NCBI RefSeq assembly: GCF_009914755.1
Contig: NC_060928.1
DNA: 64,000 nt
From: the human T2T-CHM13v2.0 reference genome, Homo sapiens
Strand: one strand, 5' to 3'
Under the pieces are notes generated by a model. That model saw only the letters and a program-made list of their open reading frames with translations. It searched no databases and was not told the DNA's origin. Below, piece by piece: positions 43,200 through 56,949 of the stretch. The translations under genes and the position numbers were made by a program. Position 1 is the first letter of the stretch. Each line of letters opens with the position of its first letter.

Positions 43200-43486
43200 T
43201 TTTTGAGACAGAGTCTTGTTCTGTTGCCCAGGCTGGAGTGCAGTTGTGCGTTCTTGGCTCACCGCAACCTCTGCCTCATGGGTTCAAGCCATTCTCATGC
43301 CTCAGCCTCCTGAGTAGCTGGTGTTACAGGTGTGTACCACCATGCCCTGCTAATTTTTGTACTTTTTAGTAGAGACGGGTTTTGCCATGTTGGTCAGGCT
43401 GGTCTCGAGCTCCTAACCTTAGGTGATTCGCCCACCTCGGCCTCCCAAAGTGCTGAGATTACAGGTGTGAGCCACTGCGCCTGGCC
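43200..43486 (-). mobile_element. AluS with a very short A-tail
   Basis: Full reverse Alu; TSD ctacatgcattt (43188-43199, 43487-43498). Confidence 0.95.
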
Positions 43487-43714
43487 CTACATGCATTTCT
43501 TCAAGGTATCTGAAACTATTATGAAAAGAAAAAGGTGATAAATGGAAAATAATGCACATACACATGCACACACACAAATCCACTCACACATGTAAGTGCA
43601 TAAAATGTAAGCTCTGAGAGTTTATGTAATTAGCTTACATTATGGGTAGTTAGAGATGAGTCAGGAGTCTACCCCATCTCCCTGACTCTAAAATCTATCC
43701 TTTACCCTCTCCAG

Positions 43715-43895
43715 CAGAGGTTCTCAACCCTGGTTGCACATCAGAATCAGCCAAGAGCTTTAAAGAACTTCCATGCTTAGGTCAAGTCCCAGACACATTG
43801 TAAATCAGAATCTCTGGGAGTTGAGCTCTGGCATCAATATTTTAAAAAATCTCCCCCAGATGATTCCAGTGCAAATCCAAGGTTGAGGACCACTA
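43715..43895. mobile_element. MER5A-type hAT-Charlie MITE
   Basis: cagaggttctcaaccctggttgcacatcagaatca..aaatcagaatctctggg..aaggttgaggaccacta. Confidence 0.85.
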
Positions 43896-45167
43896 CTTTT
43901 CAGATACTCTTAAGCAAAAGAAATGAAGTGTGGTGTTCCATAAAGAGAGTACTTTTTAAAAATTATTGTAACCTAGCCCAGTGGTTTTTCTCACCTGCTT
44001 TATTTTCTCCTGGTGGAACCAGCAATATGCAAAACAGATTAAAGCAGAGTTTTCATAGTTGAGGGAGTATCTGGCTCCACTTCTTTATCACCCCTCGACT
44101 CACCCCATCTCTTGCAGATGGCCCTTGTGGCCACCCACAGGACAGTGACCCACCTACTTCAATGCATCCCATGGAATAGATGTTTTAACGATTCAACAGA
44201 CATTCTGACCATCAAACTAACATTCATGACTTGGGAAAAGTCTCAGTCTTGTGGGTGATTGTGGTGTTGTCTTTCCTTCTGCAGATGAGCCTCCAATTTC
44301 CGTCTCTCTACCTGTGGTTATTCAGAGGACAAGATGCTAAAAAGAGCCCCAGGATCAATAACAGAAACACACAGATATTGTCAAGGTTATGCTTTCTCTC
44401 AGCTCACATGGCCTTGTGTGTGTGTTTTATCCCCACACCCCCAGGAGTGCAGTTAATCATGTGGACCCGTAATGCCGAATATTCAAACTCAAATGTCTAC
44501 AGAGGTCAGGCGGAGAGATAATATGTGAAGTTTCCATGTAGATGCTATGGGGAATTGGAGTGTCTATGTCCTTCCTGAAAGCATTTATATTTTAAAAAGT
44601 ATTTGAAACTGTGTCTTGGCAAACAGACACATACACACATATTTTCTGGGCATAAGGTATTTTAGTGAGGTGCCTAGTGAGGTGAAATTTATTTTATTTA
44701 CATTTTAGCTGTAGAGGCTGTCAGTTGCTTTGTTAGGTGGACCCAGCTGGTAAGTTTAGAGCATCATTCTATTTTCAGGGAAGAGTTACTCACTTTCATG
44801 ATGGCATAATGAGTGTATGTGCGTGAGTGTGGAACAGAACATTTTGAACCTTGATCAAACCTTCTCCCTACAAAGCCACTTGGCTTATAGTTGATCAGAT
44901 AACTGTAGGGACAGGAAATTTTGCATAGAAGGCAAAGTGTCACCTAGAAGAATAGGACGCAACTAGAATCTCTTTGATGGATTGAGGTGGTCCCAAGTGA
45001 TTGGTAGGAAAAACCCAGAAGTCTCTAAAAAGAGTAGCTTTCCCATAAGGAAAGAGAATACATGAGTGGCAGAAATCATTGCAGCCTAGATGTCATGGTG
45101 TGATCACTGGCCAGACCCTCCATTTCTCTCTTTTGCTGACATTTGGAAGCAGAACTGGACCCATTTA

Positions 45168-45359
45168 TTGTATTGTATTGTATTTTTTTTTTTATTTCCA
45201 TAGGTTTTTAGGGAACAGGTGATGTTTGGCTACATGAGTACGTTCTTTAGCGGTGATTTGTGAGACAGTATATACGTCACCCAAGAAATATACACTGCAC
45301 CTAATTTGCAGTCTTTTATCCCTCACCACCTTCCCACCCTTTTCCCCAGGTCCCCAAAG
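45168..45359 (-). mobile_element. Very short (~190 bp) L1PB 3' end
   Basis: tatttccataggttttagggaacaggtgatgtttggctacatgagt..; perfect 17-bp TSD agaactggacccattta (45151-45167, 45360-45376). Confidence 0.9.
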
Positions 45360-46067
45360 AGAACTGGACCCATTTAGATAAATACATCCTTCTAAACTGA
45401 ACCAAGTGGTAGAGGAGACAACAGATTTACTGCTAATATAAGCGTAGAGATATGTCAATAGTTGTTTGGAATTCTGGTGGTGTTTGTACCTTGAAGTAAA
45501 CCAGGAGAAGCTGTGACTTCCTTTTGTTAGGTTGTGTACCTGACACCCCACCAGACATTGCAGGATCTGCAAACAAGATTAAGTCCTATTACTGCAGAGC
45601 TGCAAGTTCAGTCATGTGGAAGAGGGGAAGAAGCTGGAGCAGGTGGCTCAGTGATGTGAGGGTGGAGTTTAGCATGGCAAATCAAACAAATACTCAAGTA
45701 ACTGTAATTTAAGGAGAAATGAAGTCTGATACAGAGTCACATTTATGAGATGTCATGGACACCCAGCGAAGGAAGAAAGCCCATGTGATTGGACACAATT
45801 TCCCAGCATTTAGAACAGCATAAAGTAATTTCATAATGGAAACTGGCAGGGAGAGTTTCAGAGTTAAGCAAATATAAAGCAATGTGAAACAGTCTTGATA
45901 AATGCTGCAGAAAGGAATCTGCAAAAAGAGACTGTGTGGCTAATGAATAACACCTAATGTTTACCTTCCTAAGCTTGGAGCCAACTGAGAAGTAGATGCA
46001 GGAGTTAGGTAAATGGGGAACAAGGATCAGCTTTGTTAGTAATAAAGCTGATTGAAAGCGCAGCGTG

Positions 46068-46370
46068 GGCCTGGGCGCAGTGGCTCACACCTGTAATCCC
46101 AGCATTTTGGGAAGCCGACATGGGTGGATCACCTAAGGTCAGGAGTTCGAGACCAGCCTGGCCAACATGGTGAAACCCCGTCTCTACTAAAAATACAAAA
46201 ATTAGCCGGGCATGATGGCAGACACCTTTAATCCTAGCTACTATGGAGGCTGAGGCAGGAGAATCACTTGAACCCAGGAGGAGGAGGTTGCAGTGAGCCA
46301 AGTTGGTGCCGTTACACTCCAGCCTGGGTGACAAGAGCAAAACTTTGTCTCAAAAAAAAAAAAAAAAAAA
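46068..46370 (+). mobile_element. Full-length Alu, AluSq/Sp-like
   Basis: Dimeric Alu with gacaagagc and A19 tail; TSD aaagcgcagcgtg / aaagtgcagcatg. Confidence 0.95.
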
Positions 46371-47957
46371 GTGCAGCATGAGTGTCTGTTCCTCAAATGA
46401 ATTCCATAAGACTTGCTTTTACAGAATTAAACATCTCCTCTAGGTTGAAGGCAAAGGCAGCTGTTGCTGTCTCTGTTTCTGTCCTGCTCTTCTGTTCTGC
46501 TCTGCCCTTATGGGGATTAGGTTTCTTATGGAGAAGCAGAGATGCATTCTGAACAGAGATGGCTCTGAAAAACAGAGGACTGAAAGGGCTAAGTCACACT
46601 TGCTTAGTTTCTTTAGAAAGGTTTTAGAATCTCCTGTTTTTCCTCTCCTTCTTCAGGAGGAACTATAAAAATGGGGAGCAGAGGCCAGTTATTTCCATGG
46701 AAATACAAAAATGGGAAGAAGGAGGTCCCGCCGATCCTTTTACAAACTTTTCACTCCAAAACAAAGGAACAATTAGTCCTTCATTACTTTCTTGTGCGCA
46801 AAGAGCTCTCTCTCTCTCTGTGTGTTTTCTGTTTCTCTTCATCTATTTTTTACTAAGGTAGGCCTTTGCCATTTATCTGTGACCCATGATGGCATCTTCT
46901 AAAGTATACATAGTTTCTACAATGTCAATATTTGAAAAGATGACTTGTTTTCTCTTAAATTCCATGCCTGTTGGTATTTTCTTGTGTTTAGAAGCACAAG
47001 GCAAGTTATCTGGCTTTTTCGTCTCACACTAAAGTTTTATATCTCACTTGAGGATCGTTTCTCTCAAAGAAACAAAGGTTTTATCACTCACTAGAGTAAC
47101 TGTGTACACAAGATGAATAGAGAACAACAAACCCATGTTGAGATGCTGATGTTGAGCAGTTAGCTAGCAATTGAACTGAGCAATACAGATTTGTGTAAGA
47201 AAGGCATTCAGCTCATTTCTGAATACGTGAAACTTCATTTAAGTCTGACTTCCTGGGGATCCATGCCATAGCATTTATCTCTCTGTATCTTCAGTGAGTG
47301 TTTGTGCCTTTTTCTCTTTAACCATATCTTGAGCCCCATGTCTTTTTTAAAGTAATAAATTCCCAAGTATAGTAGCCCATTACAGAAACTCAATAAATAT
47401 TTGTTGAATGAATGAATGAAGGGTCATTTATGAGAGCAGCATAGTACTCATTCTGAGCACATCTCATGTAACCATTTTTGGACCAGGTCATTTTAAAGAA
47501 ATGTCCATGACGCAGAGCACATGCTAACTTTAGGCAGGTGTGTATTTATTCTCTGTCTGCAGAATATAGAGTAAACACAACTAAGAATTTGTGGATAGGG
47601 ACAATCCTACCATCTGTGTTTTCAAGTATAAAAAAAGTTTGTCATGTTGTACATACTGGATCAACATGACTGGGTTATTGGCTTTCTGTAGGGTTCTATC
47701 ACTCAGAAGCCCTAACCTCTGGAGTCCTGTGCTGTTATATAGAGAAATAGAGAGGGTTGTGATGGGAAAACAATGCCTTATTGTTTTCCTTCTCAGGGTC
47801 TTAGGAAAAACTAAGTGTGTTCTATAGAGATCTCCACCAAATTCTTCTACTTCCTGTGGTAGGTCTGGCTAGAATTGGGTTCTGAGGCCTGGAGCAGAGA
47901 AAGATTATCTCATTGAGATCAGGGGATGTCAGAACCTGATTTAGAAAAATAAGGGTC

Positions 47958-48406
47958 TGTATTAGCTTCCTACAACTGCTGCAATAGATTGCCACAAACT
48001 GGGAGGCTAAAAGCAACAGGAATTTATTCTTTTGTAGTTCTGAACATCAGAAGTCTGAAATTAAGGCATCTGCAGGCTTGGTTCCTTCTGGAGGTTCGGA
48101 GGGACAATCTGTTCCATGCCTCTCTACTAGCTTCTGGTGCCTGCTGGAAATCTTGGCATTTCTTGGCTTGTAGACACATCACTCCAGTCTTAGTGTTCAC
48201 CATCACATGGAGGTTCCCCCGGAATGTGCATGTCCAAGTTTCCGTCTTTTTGTAAGGATACTATTCATTGGATAAGGGCCTACCCTAATCTGGTATTATC
48301 TCATTTTTATTTGATTACATCTGCAAAAACGTATTTCAAAAAAAGTTCATATTCTGATGTTCTGGGTAGATGTGAATTTTTGGAAGATACTCTTCAACCC
48401 AGTACA
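47958..48406 (-). mobile_element. MLT1C-like solo LTR
   Basis: tgtattagcttcct..cttcaacccagtaca; perfect TSD gggtc (47953-47957, 48407-48411). Confidence 0.9.
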
Positions 48407-49519
48407 GGGTCCAAGAAGCTGGAAGAGAATTCCATTAAAGCAACTGGAGTCCAGGTTCAGGGTACTGGACCTGCCACAAGAAAACAGGAAACCAAAGCCA
48501 AGGGGAAGAGAGCAAGTGTAAACATTTCCACATTAAGGGGTGGGTAGGGATTAGGTATAGATCCTGTGATGAATACATTGGATCCCCTACAAGATTTTCT
48601 TGCTGTCCCTGGTCTGCATTGCATGGACACAGATGTAAAGTTAAGCATGAGTTTGTTTCCCAGACATGTCCACTTACATAGAATTATCAGTGAGCAATGT
48701 AGACTTTACTGAAGATATTATAGAGGAGGGATTTGTACATTGTACTCCACAGCAAACAATTTAAAATTCATAGCACATGTTTTATTATTTTTCCTTCTAA
48801 AATGTCACTGACAGTTTATCTTTCTTGCCTTCTTCTCTTCTAATTCCAGAGTATATCTGAAGTTCTTCTTCCTAGGTTACACAAAACAATTGAATTCTCC
48901 CTCTGGCTATTACTGCAAATGTGTACAGACTTATTCACCCAATGCTCTCTAGAACAAAATCTCTGCTATTACCATTATTTAACCTTATCAGAAGACAGTC
49001 AGGATTAGTGAGTGCCAATACTTCTTTCTCATTGTACCCCTAAACTGGATTGTTAGCTATTTTGATAACGAGGGCAATTATTTTCATCTCAGGTACTCTG
49101 CAGCACCAAGCGTGGTACTTCCCACATGTAAGGAACTTAATAAATGCTGGTTAATAACCATTATTATTAATACTGTTGATGTATAATAATGCTAATACTG
49201 TTGATGTATAAGTCTGTGTTTTTTGGTTTCCATTAAAAGTTTGTGGTGCTACAGAGATATCAAAACTTGAGCTTTTGAAGTGCCAAGTTTCTAAAGAAGT
49301 TGTTGAAAGGCTGGGAAATAATTTTCAAAAAGTTACTTATTTCTCCTCATGAGCAAGTTTCTAAATATATTTACATGCATTCTAACAGGGAGTCATTCAA
49401 TCCAAAAATATTTATTAAATGACAACTTTGTAAACACTAGGAGATTCAAAGATGTCTAAGATAGTTTCTTCAACAGGCTTACATTCTAATTGCCATTATG
49501 TTTGTGTATGTAGGAGGAA

Positions 49520-49740
49520 TATAAATCTTGTGGTTTGCTGTGATAGACTGGTTATTCAAATTCTCGCTCTACCCCTAAATAGCTAATTGACTCAGAGCAT
49601 ATTTTAACCTTTCTGAGACTCAGTTTCCTCATTTATAAAATAGGGAAAATAAGAGTATACAATAGGATTTGGGGGAGGATAAAGTAAGATGTTTCTTATT
49701 CAGCAATATGGTGTATATTTAATGAATGCTAGTTATTGTG
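49520..49740 (+). mobile_element. MIR SINE
   Basis: ttttaacctttctgagactcagtttcctcatttataaaataggg. Confidence 0.65.
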
Positions 49741-52103
49741 ATGATGAGTGATGATTAATATTAATGATGATGACAAGTGGTATAAGTTTTTTTGGAGGTG
49801 GGTTATTTTTTATCTAAAAAGATAAGGAAAGGTTGTAGGAAAGATAACATTTTTGAGATAGTCTTGTAAGAATGGGTAGAGTTACCAAAGTCTGAAGATA
49901 TTCTTGCAGGGAAAATGGAATTAACGCAAAGGTACTTTAAAAAAGACTTGAAGTGGGCTCAAATCAAACTGGAGAGACTAGAGTATTAAAGAAAAAGTAG
50001 CCATCATAAAATGTTGAGAGCAACGTTTTGTTATCACACAATTGTGTCTCACTTTTACTCTGTTCATCTTTCAGACCAGACTACAGCTCTTGGTGATATG
50101 TTTTATACTTTACCTTCTACGCTCTATAGGTGTAATCACCTGGTACAAGCTTGTAGGAAGCATAAAGCTCAAAACTAGTTGAACTCATCTAATTAAATAA
50201 TCCTAGAGCTTCACATGTTTCCTGTGAGCTGTTATAAACACACTTGACTCCTTTCTGAAAGTTCAGATTAAAAGGAAGCAAACTTCTAAAATTAGAATTG
50301 TAATTAAAATTTGACTTTGATCAGTAGCAGCTGAGAGGGTCATTAAGAGCCTTGAATGTGCTGACACAGGGAGTTGTTGGGTGGATAAGGTGAGGAGGGA
50401 AGTGGGGAGATTGGAAACAAATAAAAAATTGTGAAAAAGCATTATCGAATTGCAAATATCAATTATGGGTCTATGGATGAGCGATTATAATATTAAAAAC
50501 ATTCTTGGCGGGCAGCCCATATGGTTGTAGATAGCTGCAACTTCATCAGAGCTCGGCTTTAATTTGATTTTTGCAAACATGTTTTGGTTTCTTTTCTTTT
50601 GATTGATTTCAGAGAACACTGGACAACAGCTGGGTGGAAACTGCGTCTAACCCTCTGTGAAACTTATCAAAAGATGTTTTCTGCCTCCTGCAAAGCTTGG
50701 AACACACCGTCTCAGAAGGAGATGTGTGAGGGACAGAAAAGAGAAAGTTGCGGGGAATGAATGGGTTCCCACACTGGGTGTAGAAAGTGATAAGGCTGAG
50801 TGCTGCCTTGTCCAGAACCAAGGAGCAGTGATCAAGGAGGGAGAGATGAAGGAGTTGAGAGCTTGCTTTTGTTTCCCTGTTAAAGAATAATTTATTGCTG
50901 GCATGAATAATGAGGGTCAATGTGGCAAAACAATGCAAGAAAGATAGTAGTTTTAGCTCTCTGAGACAGCTGTGTGTTGTGACTGCCAAAAAGACTAATA
51001 TGATCATAGGTTCCAATTATTGAGAATAGAACAAAATGATCATTACCCTTTCTCTGCACACTGGCAGTTACATATTCACTTTTAAGTGCCTGGAATGCCC
51101 CCTTGTCTTCCTGGTGTATCTCTAGTCATTTTTCCAAAGCTAGCTCAAGCTCACCTCTTAACACCTTTCCTGACCCTATATTCATCAGGCAGATTTAATC
51201 ATTGCCATCTCTTCTGGGCTCAATTATACTAGTATGTTCATCACTTTGCATTGCCATATTCCTTACATAACCATCTGCCCTGGAGGGCAGGGTCCATGTC
51301 CAATCAGATTTTGTACCCATAGGGCTTGGCACCTAGTAGGTGCTCGGTAGATGTTTATGGAATTAAGTAGAACAGGCTAGCTGGAGCTTGTTTTGAGATC
51401 AAGCAGAAAGGTGGAAGAACCTAAAATCATATTGAAACCCATCTGGAATCAGGTCATGCTTCAGTTAGCGAGTTGACTAGTAGCAGGTGTCTTCCCAGAT
51501 GATGGGGAGGGGCTCATCCTCCCATAGGAAGAACCACAGGAAAGGTCTGCAGAGTGACTGAAAAGAGACAGTCCAAAGGAAGGCAGAAGTGACTCTACCA
51601 TGTCCCAGAAGCAAGAACGAGAGAGTTACATGCAAAGGGAGAAAACGATTGTGTCATGCAAAGAAAGGACTTATGAATTTTCTTTCTTCTTCCCCTTTAT
51701 TTAGCAAAATGTGTCATATATTTTCAAAGGAATTCAGGCAGCCAAACACATGACTGGATTTATGCCAGAAATGGAAGCATTTTCTGTGGATCTCAGAAAG
51801 TAATGCCAATTACTGAGGTCCCAAGGATGATGGACGCCAGAAACACCATATCGTAAGCAACAGAAGTTAAGGTGTAAGCCAAGTCAAGAAGACTTGAGAT
51901 ATCTCAGTCACCAGGAGTGAAAGGATGTGCAGAAGAGTTAAATTTTGTGGCATGGGGAATTCCAGCTTCTACTTGCCATATGTCAACGTATTGGTTCTTG
52001 TATATATATTTTTACAGTTCCTTCTGCACAACCTTTACAAATCGTTATATAAAAGTGCTAGAATAAAAATCGAACAAGCGTTTCCTATACTGTATTTCAG
52101 ATA

Positions 52104-52442
52104 CAGTCATGCTTTGCTTAACAACAGGGATACATTCTGAAAAAAGTGTTATTAGACAGTTTTGTCATTGTGTAAATATCATAGACTGTACATAAACCCA
52201 GATGATATGGCCTATTGCAAATGTAGGCTATATGGCACAGCCTATTGCTTCTAGGCTAAAAACCTGTACAGCATGTTACTGTACTGAATACTGTAGGCAA
52301 TTGTAACACAGTGGGAAGTATTTGTGTCTCTAAACATATCTAAACATAGACAAGGAACAGTATAAGTATGGTATAATTTTATGGGACCACTGTAGTATGC
52401 AATCTGTAGTTGACTGAATCATTGTTATGTGGTACGGGACTG
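52104..52442. mobile_element. Tigger3a/Golem-type (MER7) TcMar MITE
   Basis: cagtcatgc..gactg flanked by TA (52102-52103, 52443-52444); same family as 27616-27937. Confidence 0.9.
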
Positions 52443-55400
52443 TATTCTTAGGAATAGCTGACTGTGAGGGAGGAAAAAGGCAATAAGGGGAGAAAAGAAA
52501 ACATTTGACACACAGCAGAAATTGTGAAAGATGCGTTGGCCTCTTAAAAGGTCATATCAGGAAATGAATGATTTTGAAGAAGGATGTGCTACATTTTTAC
52601 ACATATAAAGGACTATAATACTAAGCAGGAATTATGCCTGTCTAAATTTCCCCAGAGGCATAAATACAAGATATGTGGGGTGTTAGAACTTTTGATTGCA
52701 ATTAATATTAATTGACTTAACTTAATTTTAGGCAACACTCAAATTTATAAAAGTGTCAGGTGCTCACAGATCTGAAATTTAAGTTGAAGAATCTGTTCTT
52801 TCAGGAAACCAGTATCTTCAAGGTACTGTCATTGGGATACATTTGTTACAGCATTTTTCCTTTTTACCTCCTTATACTCAGAATTTAAAGCTCTGAGAGT
52901 TACATTTGGATTGTCATAGCTTGGATCACGTGAGCACTTTTTGGCTAACGGAGAAGGGGACACCTCAACTGATGGTCCCATTAAGACAGCATATAATGGG
53001 AAATAACAATTCCCCAAAGAAAATCAAAGCTCCTCCTTCAGAAGAAGAGGGAATGCAATATGCAGAGCTATTTGTCATCTGCTGCAAATGCATAGACTGT
53101 TCCAGAAATTCCCTTTGACTGAAGGCACTCAGATGGGGGTTGAGTGACTATTTGTCAAACACATTGTAGGCAAGATTCAATAATTGAGTGAGTAATTGGA
53201 TTACATAACCTTCTCTCTAACCCTGAAATTTTACGTCTCTGCGATTTTAGAATAAGAATCAAATCACAAGACTCCCTCCAGGAGGAATAATGAAACTGTC
53301 TTTATTATTCCTATTCATATGTTTATTTGAAAATATCTAGGATCAACCTGTGTATACATAAACAAAAATACATGGATACGCAACCCACAGTGCCAACAGC
53401 TTGTAATTAAAGAACCAGACTAATGCAACATTTTCCCACTTACAACTCTTCCCCACTGCTGGCATTCTTCAAGCCTTCTGTTATCAGGCAATTTAGTTAT
53501 ACACAATAAAAACATACACGTGTGAGGAGATTTAAATATATTTTTCTAAATGTAAATTAGGGATCTTTATACAACTGCTCTGGTTTTTGAGCCTGGTTTA
53601 TATTGGCTACAAATTGAAGCTGAAATAATTCTCCAGATAAGGTTATTTATTCTCATTTGAGAAGAACTGGAAAAGCTATGAAAGGATTCTTTTAAATTTT
53701 AAAATATGTGGATTCTGTTATCTGGCAGATATTAATGACAGTTTCTTATCCTGATTATATTATGGGATCATAGAATTCTAAAGGTGGAAGACATGTTGAG
53801 ATGTCCTCTAGTACATGTTCCTTGGACACCAAGGAAATTACTTTAGATGGACTAGAGAGACACATAAAATTTGGAGGCTTGGGCTCTATTGAGGGAAAGG
53901 TGGAGAGTATATAAAAAAAAATGGTCTGAAAGCTTTCTCTACCATGTCTGAATGTGAGGAGCAGTCTTAGATAGGTAGCCAGGGCTCTGAAGTATTAAAG
54001 CTTCAGGGTCAGTTCACAGATTCAGGTACTGAAGTAGTTCTCAACATATCTGCAAAACTTACTGAGGGATATTTTAAACGACTCTAAGTAACAGCAATCT
54101 ACTAAGACAATGATTCTCAAAAGTGGGGAAGGGAAACACTAGGGGACATCAGAAACTTGAGAGTGTGTTATAGCCCCATGTGACCTCCCTCACTGTACCT
54201 CCCTCAGCTCCAAGTTGAGAGTGAATGATTTAGGGGGAAAATGATAGATGTTTCAAATTGAGATGGTCCCCCAAACCTACAGAGCATGGTGGGAAATGAT
54301 AGAGGTTTGAAATTAGGATGGTCCCTGAAACCTGTAGAATATGGTGACCCTGAGTGTGCCATTGGCTTATAACTAGGGAATAAAAGTCAAATAAGACATA
54401 TTCATCATCTTCTACAAGTTTTCAGTGGTAGGAGAAATAAATGAGCTAACTTTTATAATGTACATAGCACAATGACTAGAACAGAATAGGTACACAGTAA
54501 ATGGTATCATTCCTTTATCCCAGCCATTAACTCTATTTCCATAGATATCTCTGAATGCTTCTTATTGTTAAATGCATATTTAAATTTATGTTTCACTATG
54601 ATAATCAGATAGTTAGTTTAAACCTGGATCTCTAATACTAAGAAAAGTCTAGTCTATGCATTTGGAGTCCTTGACCGTAGAGTTCCATTGCTATACTTCT
54701 ATGGAGATCGATGTCTTTCTTCTCTGTTGCCATGATGACTTTCCCCATAGCTGGTTGCCACTTAAAGGGTCTGACTGGCTGGCACAACTATTTTAATGCA
54801 TCATGACTGTGTGCTTCTGAAAGGAAAATGTTTTCTTGGAGTGCAATATAAGTTTAGGAATATCAAAGGCAGTCAGATACTCAGCATAATTATAGGTTAG
54901 GTTTGTAGACCAGATATTCAAATCATCTTCCTTTCATTGGAGGAGTGTCTGGATGATTAAAACATTGGAGGCAGCATCTGATACAAACATTCCAGAGAGC
55001 ATGTCAAAGAGATCTGGTACCAAAAAACAGCTCTCTGAAGCCAGGAAGCCAACTCCATCCAAATAAACAGCACCAGAGAGGGAAAGATGGTTCAGATGTA
55101 ATGCCCATGTGTATGGATGACTAATTTTTTAGGACACTTTTTTTCCAGTTCATGACTCTGAGGCAATTGCTAGATTTAGGACAGCATTTCCTTGCCCTCT
55201 ACCACCTGGAAACACATGAGTGATGATGTTCAAAGACAATGGCATTGACAGGATTATTAGAATTTCTTTAGTGTTAACCGCAACCTAACCCCTTTCTCTC
55301 TCACTCAAAAAAGCATATCCACGTGCAAATGAGCTAAGGCTGGCATCTTTCATAGGGCCATAAGGCGTAGGACATTTTCCATAGGGCATTTTCTTTAGGG

Positions 55401-55803
55401 TTCTATAAAGAGTGGTTTTAGAAAGTTCATATACAGGAATCAAATCACATTGACACACATAGTCACTTTGTCCTATTTAAATTCTCTTTTAATTCTTTAG
55501 ATTACATAGAGAAGAAAGACTCAGTTTGCTGCTAGTATTTCCTTAAAACATCTCAACTCTCTCTCTCTCCCTCTTGAACAGAGCAAAGGCCAGCTCTGAT
55601 TCAGAATTCTCAGCTAGCAACAGTATCTAGCTACAATTTAACAACATCGTCTGGTAATGTTATATATTTTTATATTTATCTTCTATTTTGGCAAATGATA
55701 CTGGATTTCCATTTATAGTAATGATATAAAGTTTCCTTAATAAATGCATTTATCTAAGTCAATAATTGAGTTCATTTAAATAAAAATATTCAAGGAAATA
55801 ATA

Positions 55804-56108
55804 GGCCGGGCGCGGTGGCTCACGCCTGTAATCCTGGCACTTTTGGAGGCTGAGGTGGGCGGATCACGAGGTCAGGAGATCGAGACCATCCTGTCTAACA
55901 CGGTGAAACCCCATCTCTACCAAAAACACAAAAAATCAGCCAGGTGTGGTGGTGGGCACCTGTAGTCCCACCTACTCAGTAGGCTGAGGCAGGAGAATGG
56001 CGTGAATCCGGGAGGCGGGGCTTGCAGTGAGCCGAGATCACGCCACTGCACTTCAGCCTGGGCAACAGAGCGAGACTCCATCTCAAAAAAAAAAAAAAAA
56101 AAAAAAAA
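55804..56108 (+). mobile_element. Full-length AluY
   Basis: Y diagnostics gatcgagaccatcc, ctaacacggtg, aatggcgtgaa, gcttgcagtg; A24 tail; TSD aaggaaataata (55792-55803, 56107-56118). Confidence 0.95.
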
Positions 56109-56607
56109 GGAAATAATAGTAAAAATACGTCCCATAGTACATAATAATGCAGATATGCTATAATAATTATACAGATAGGAAAATATTCTGACAGTGCTCC
56201 TTGATGGTGGAAGTTTAGGAAACACTGTTGTAGGAATAATCTTGAATTGACCCTAATTTTTCAAAAAAAATTATTTTCAACTTTTACTTTGATGATTATT
56301 ACTAGCAAATTTTTTTATGATATATTTCACAAATGTTTAGGGTGTTTCAGCACTTTATTCTGCTCTGGATTAGAACTGCTGACCTATGTAAACTCATTGC
56401 ACAGAAAACATATAGAATGCAGAACTATTTCTACTTTAATTTTTTGGAACATGTTTCATGTTTATAATCTGTGCTCGTGCTCTTTTTTAAAAAATGGTAA
56501 TAGCAAATGGTTCTAAAAGGCTTTTGTTGGGGAGATGGCTAGTTTTCTATACAATATTTTCTTTGTCTTTTTCGTTGTAACACCATTTTAGCTGGATATG
56601 GATATGA

Positions 56608-56904
<297 letters not shown>

Positions 56905-56949
56905 AATTATATTTTTTCATGTGGCAAAGTTCTTGCCCTTGGAATGTGA

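Noticed and set aside
50609-51016. 135-aa ORF with a hydrophobic, signal-like N-terminus
   Set aside because: It starts at a non-ATG codon in the sequence, has no recognisable homology and has no supporting gene structure
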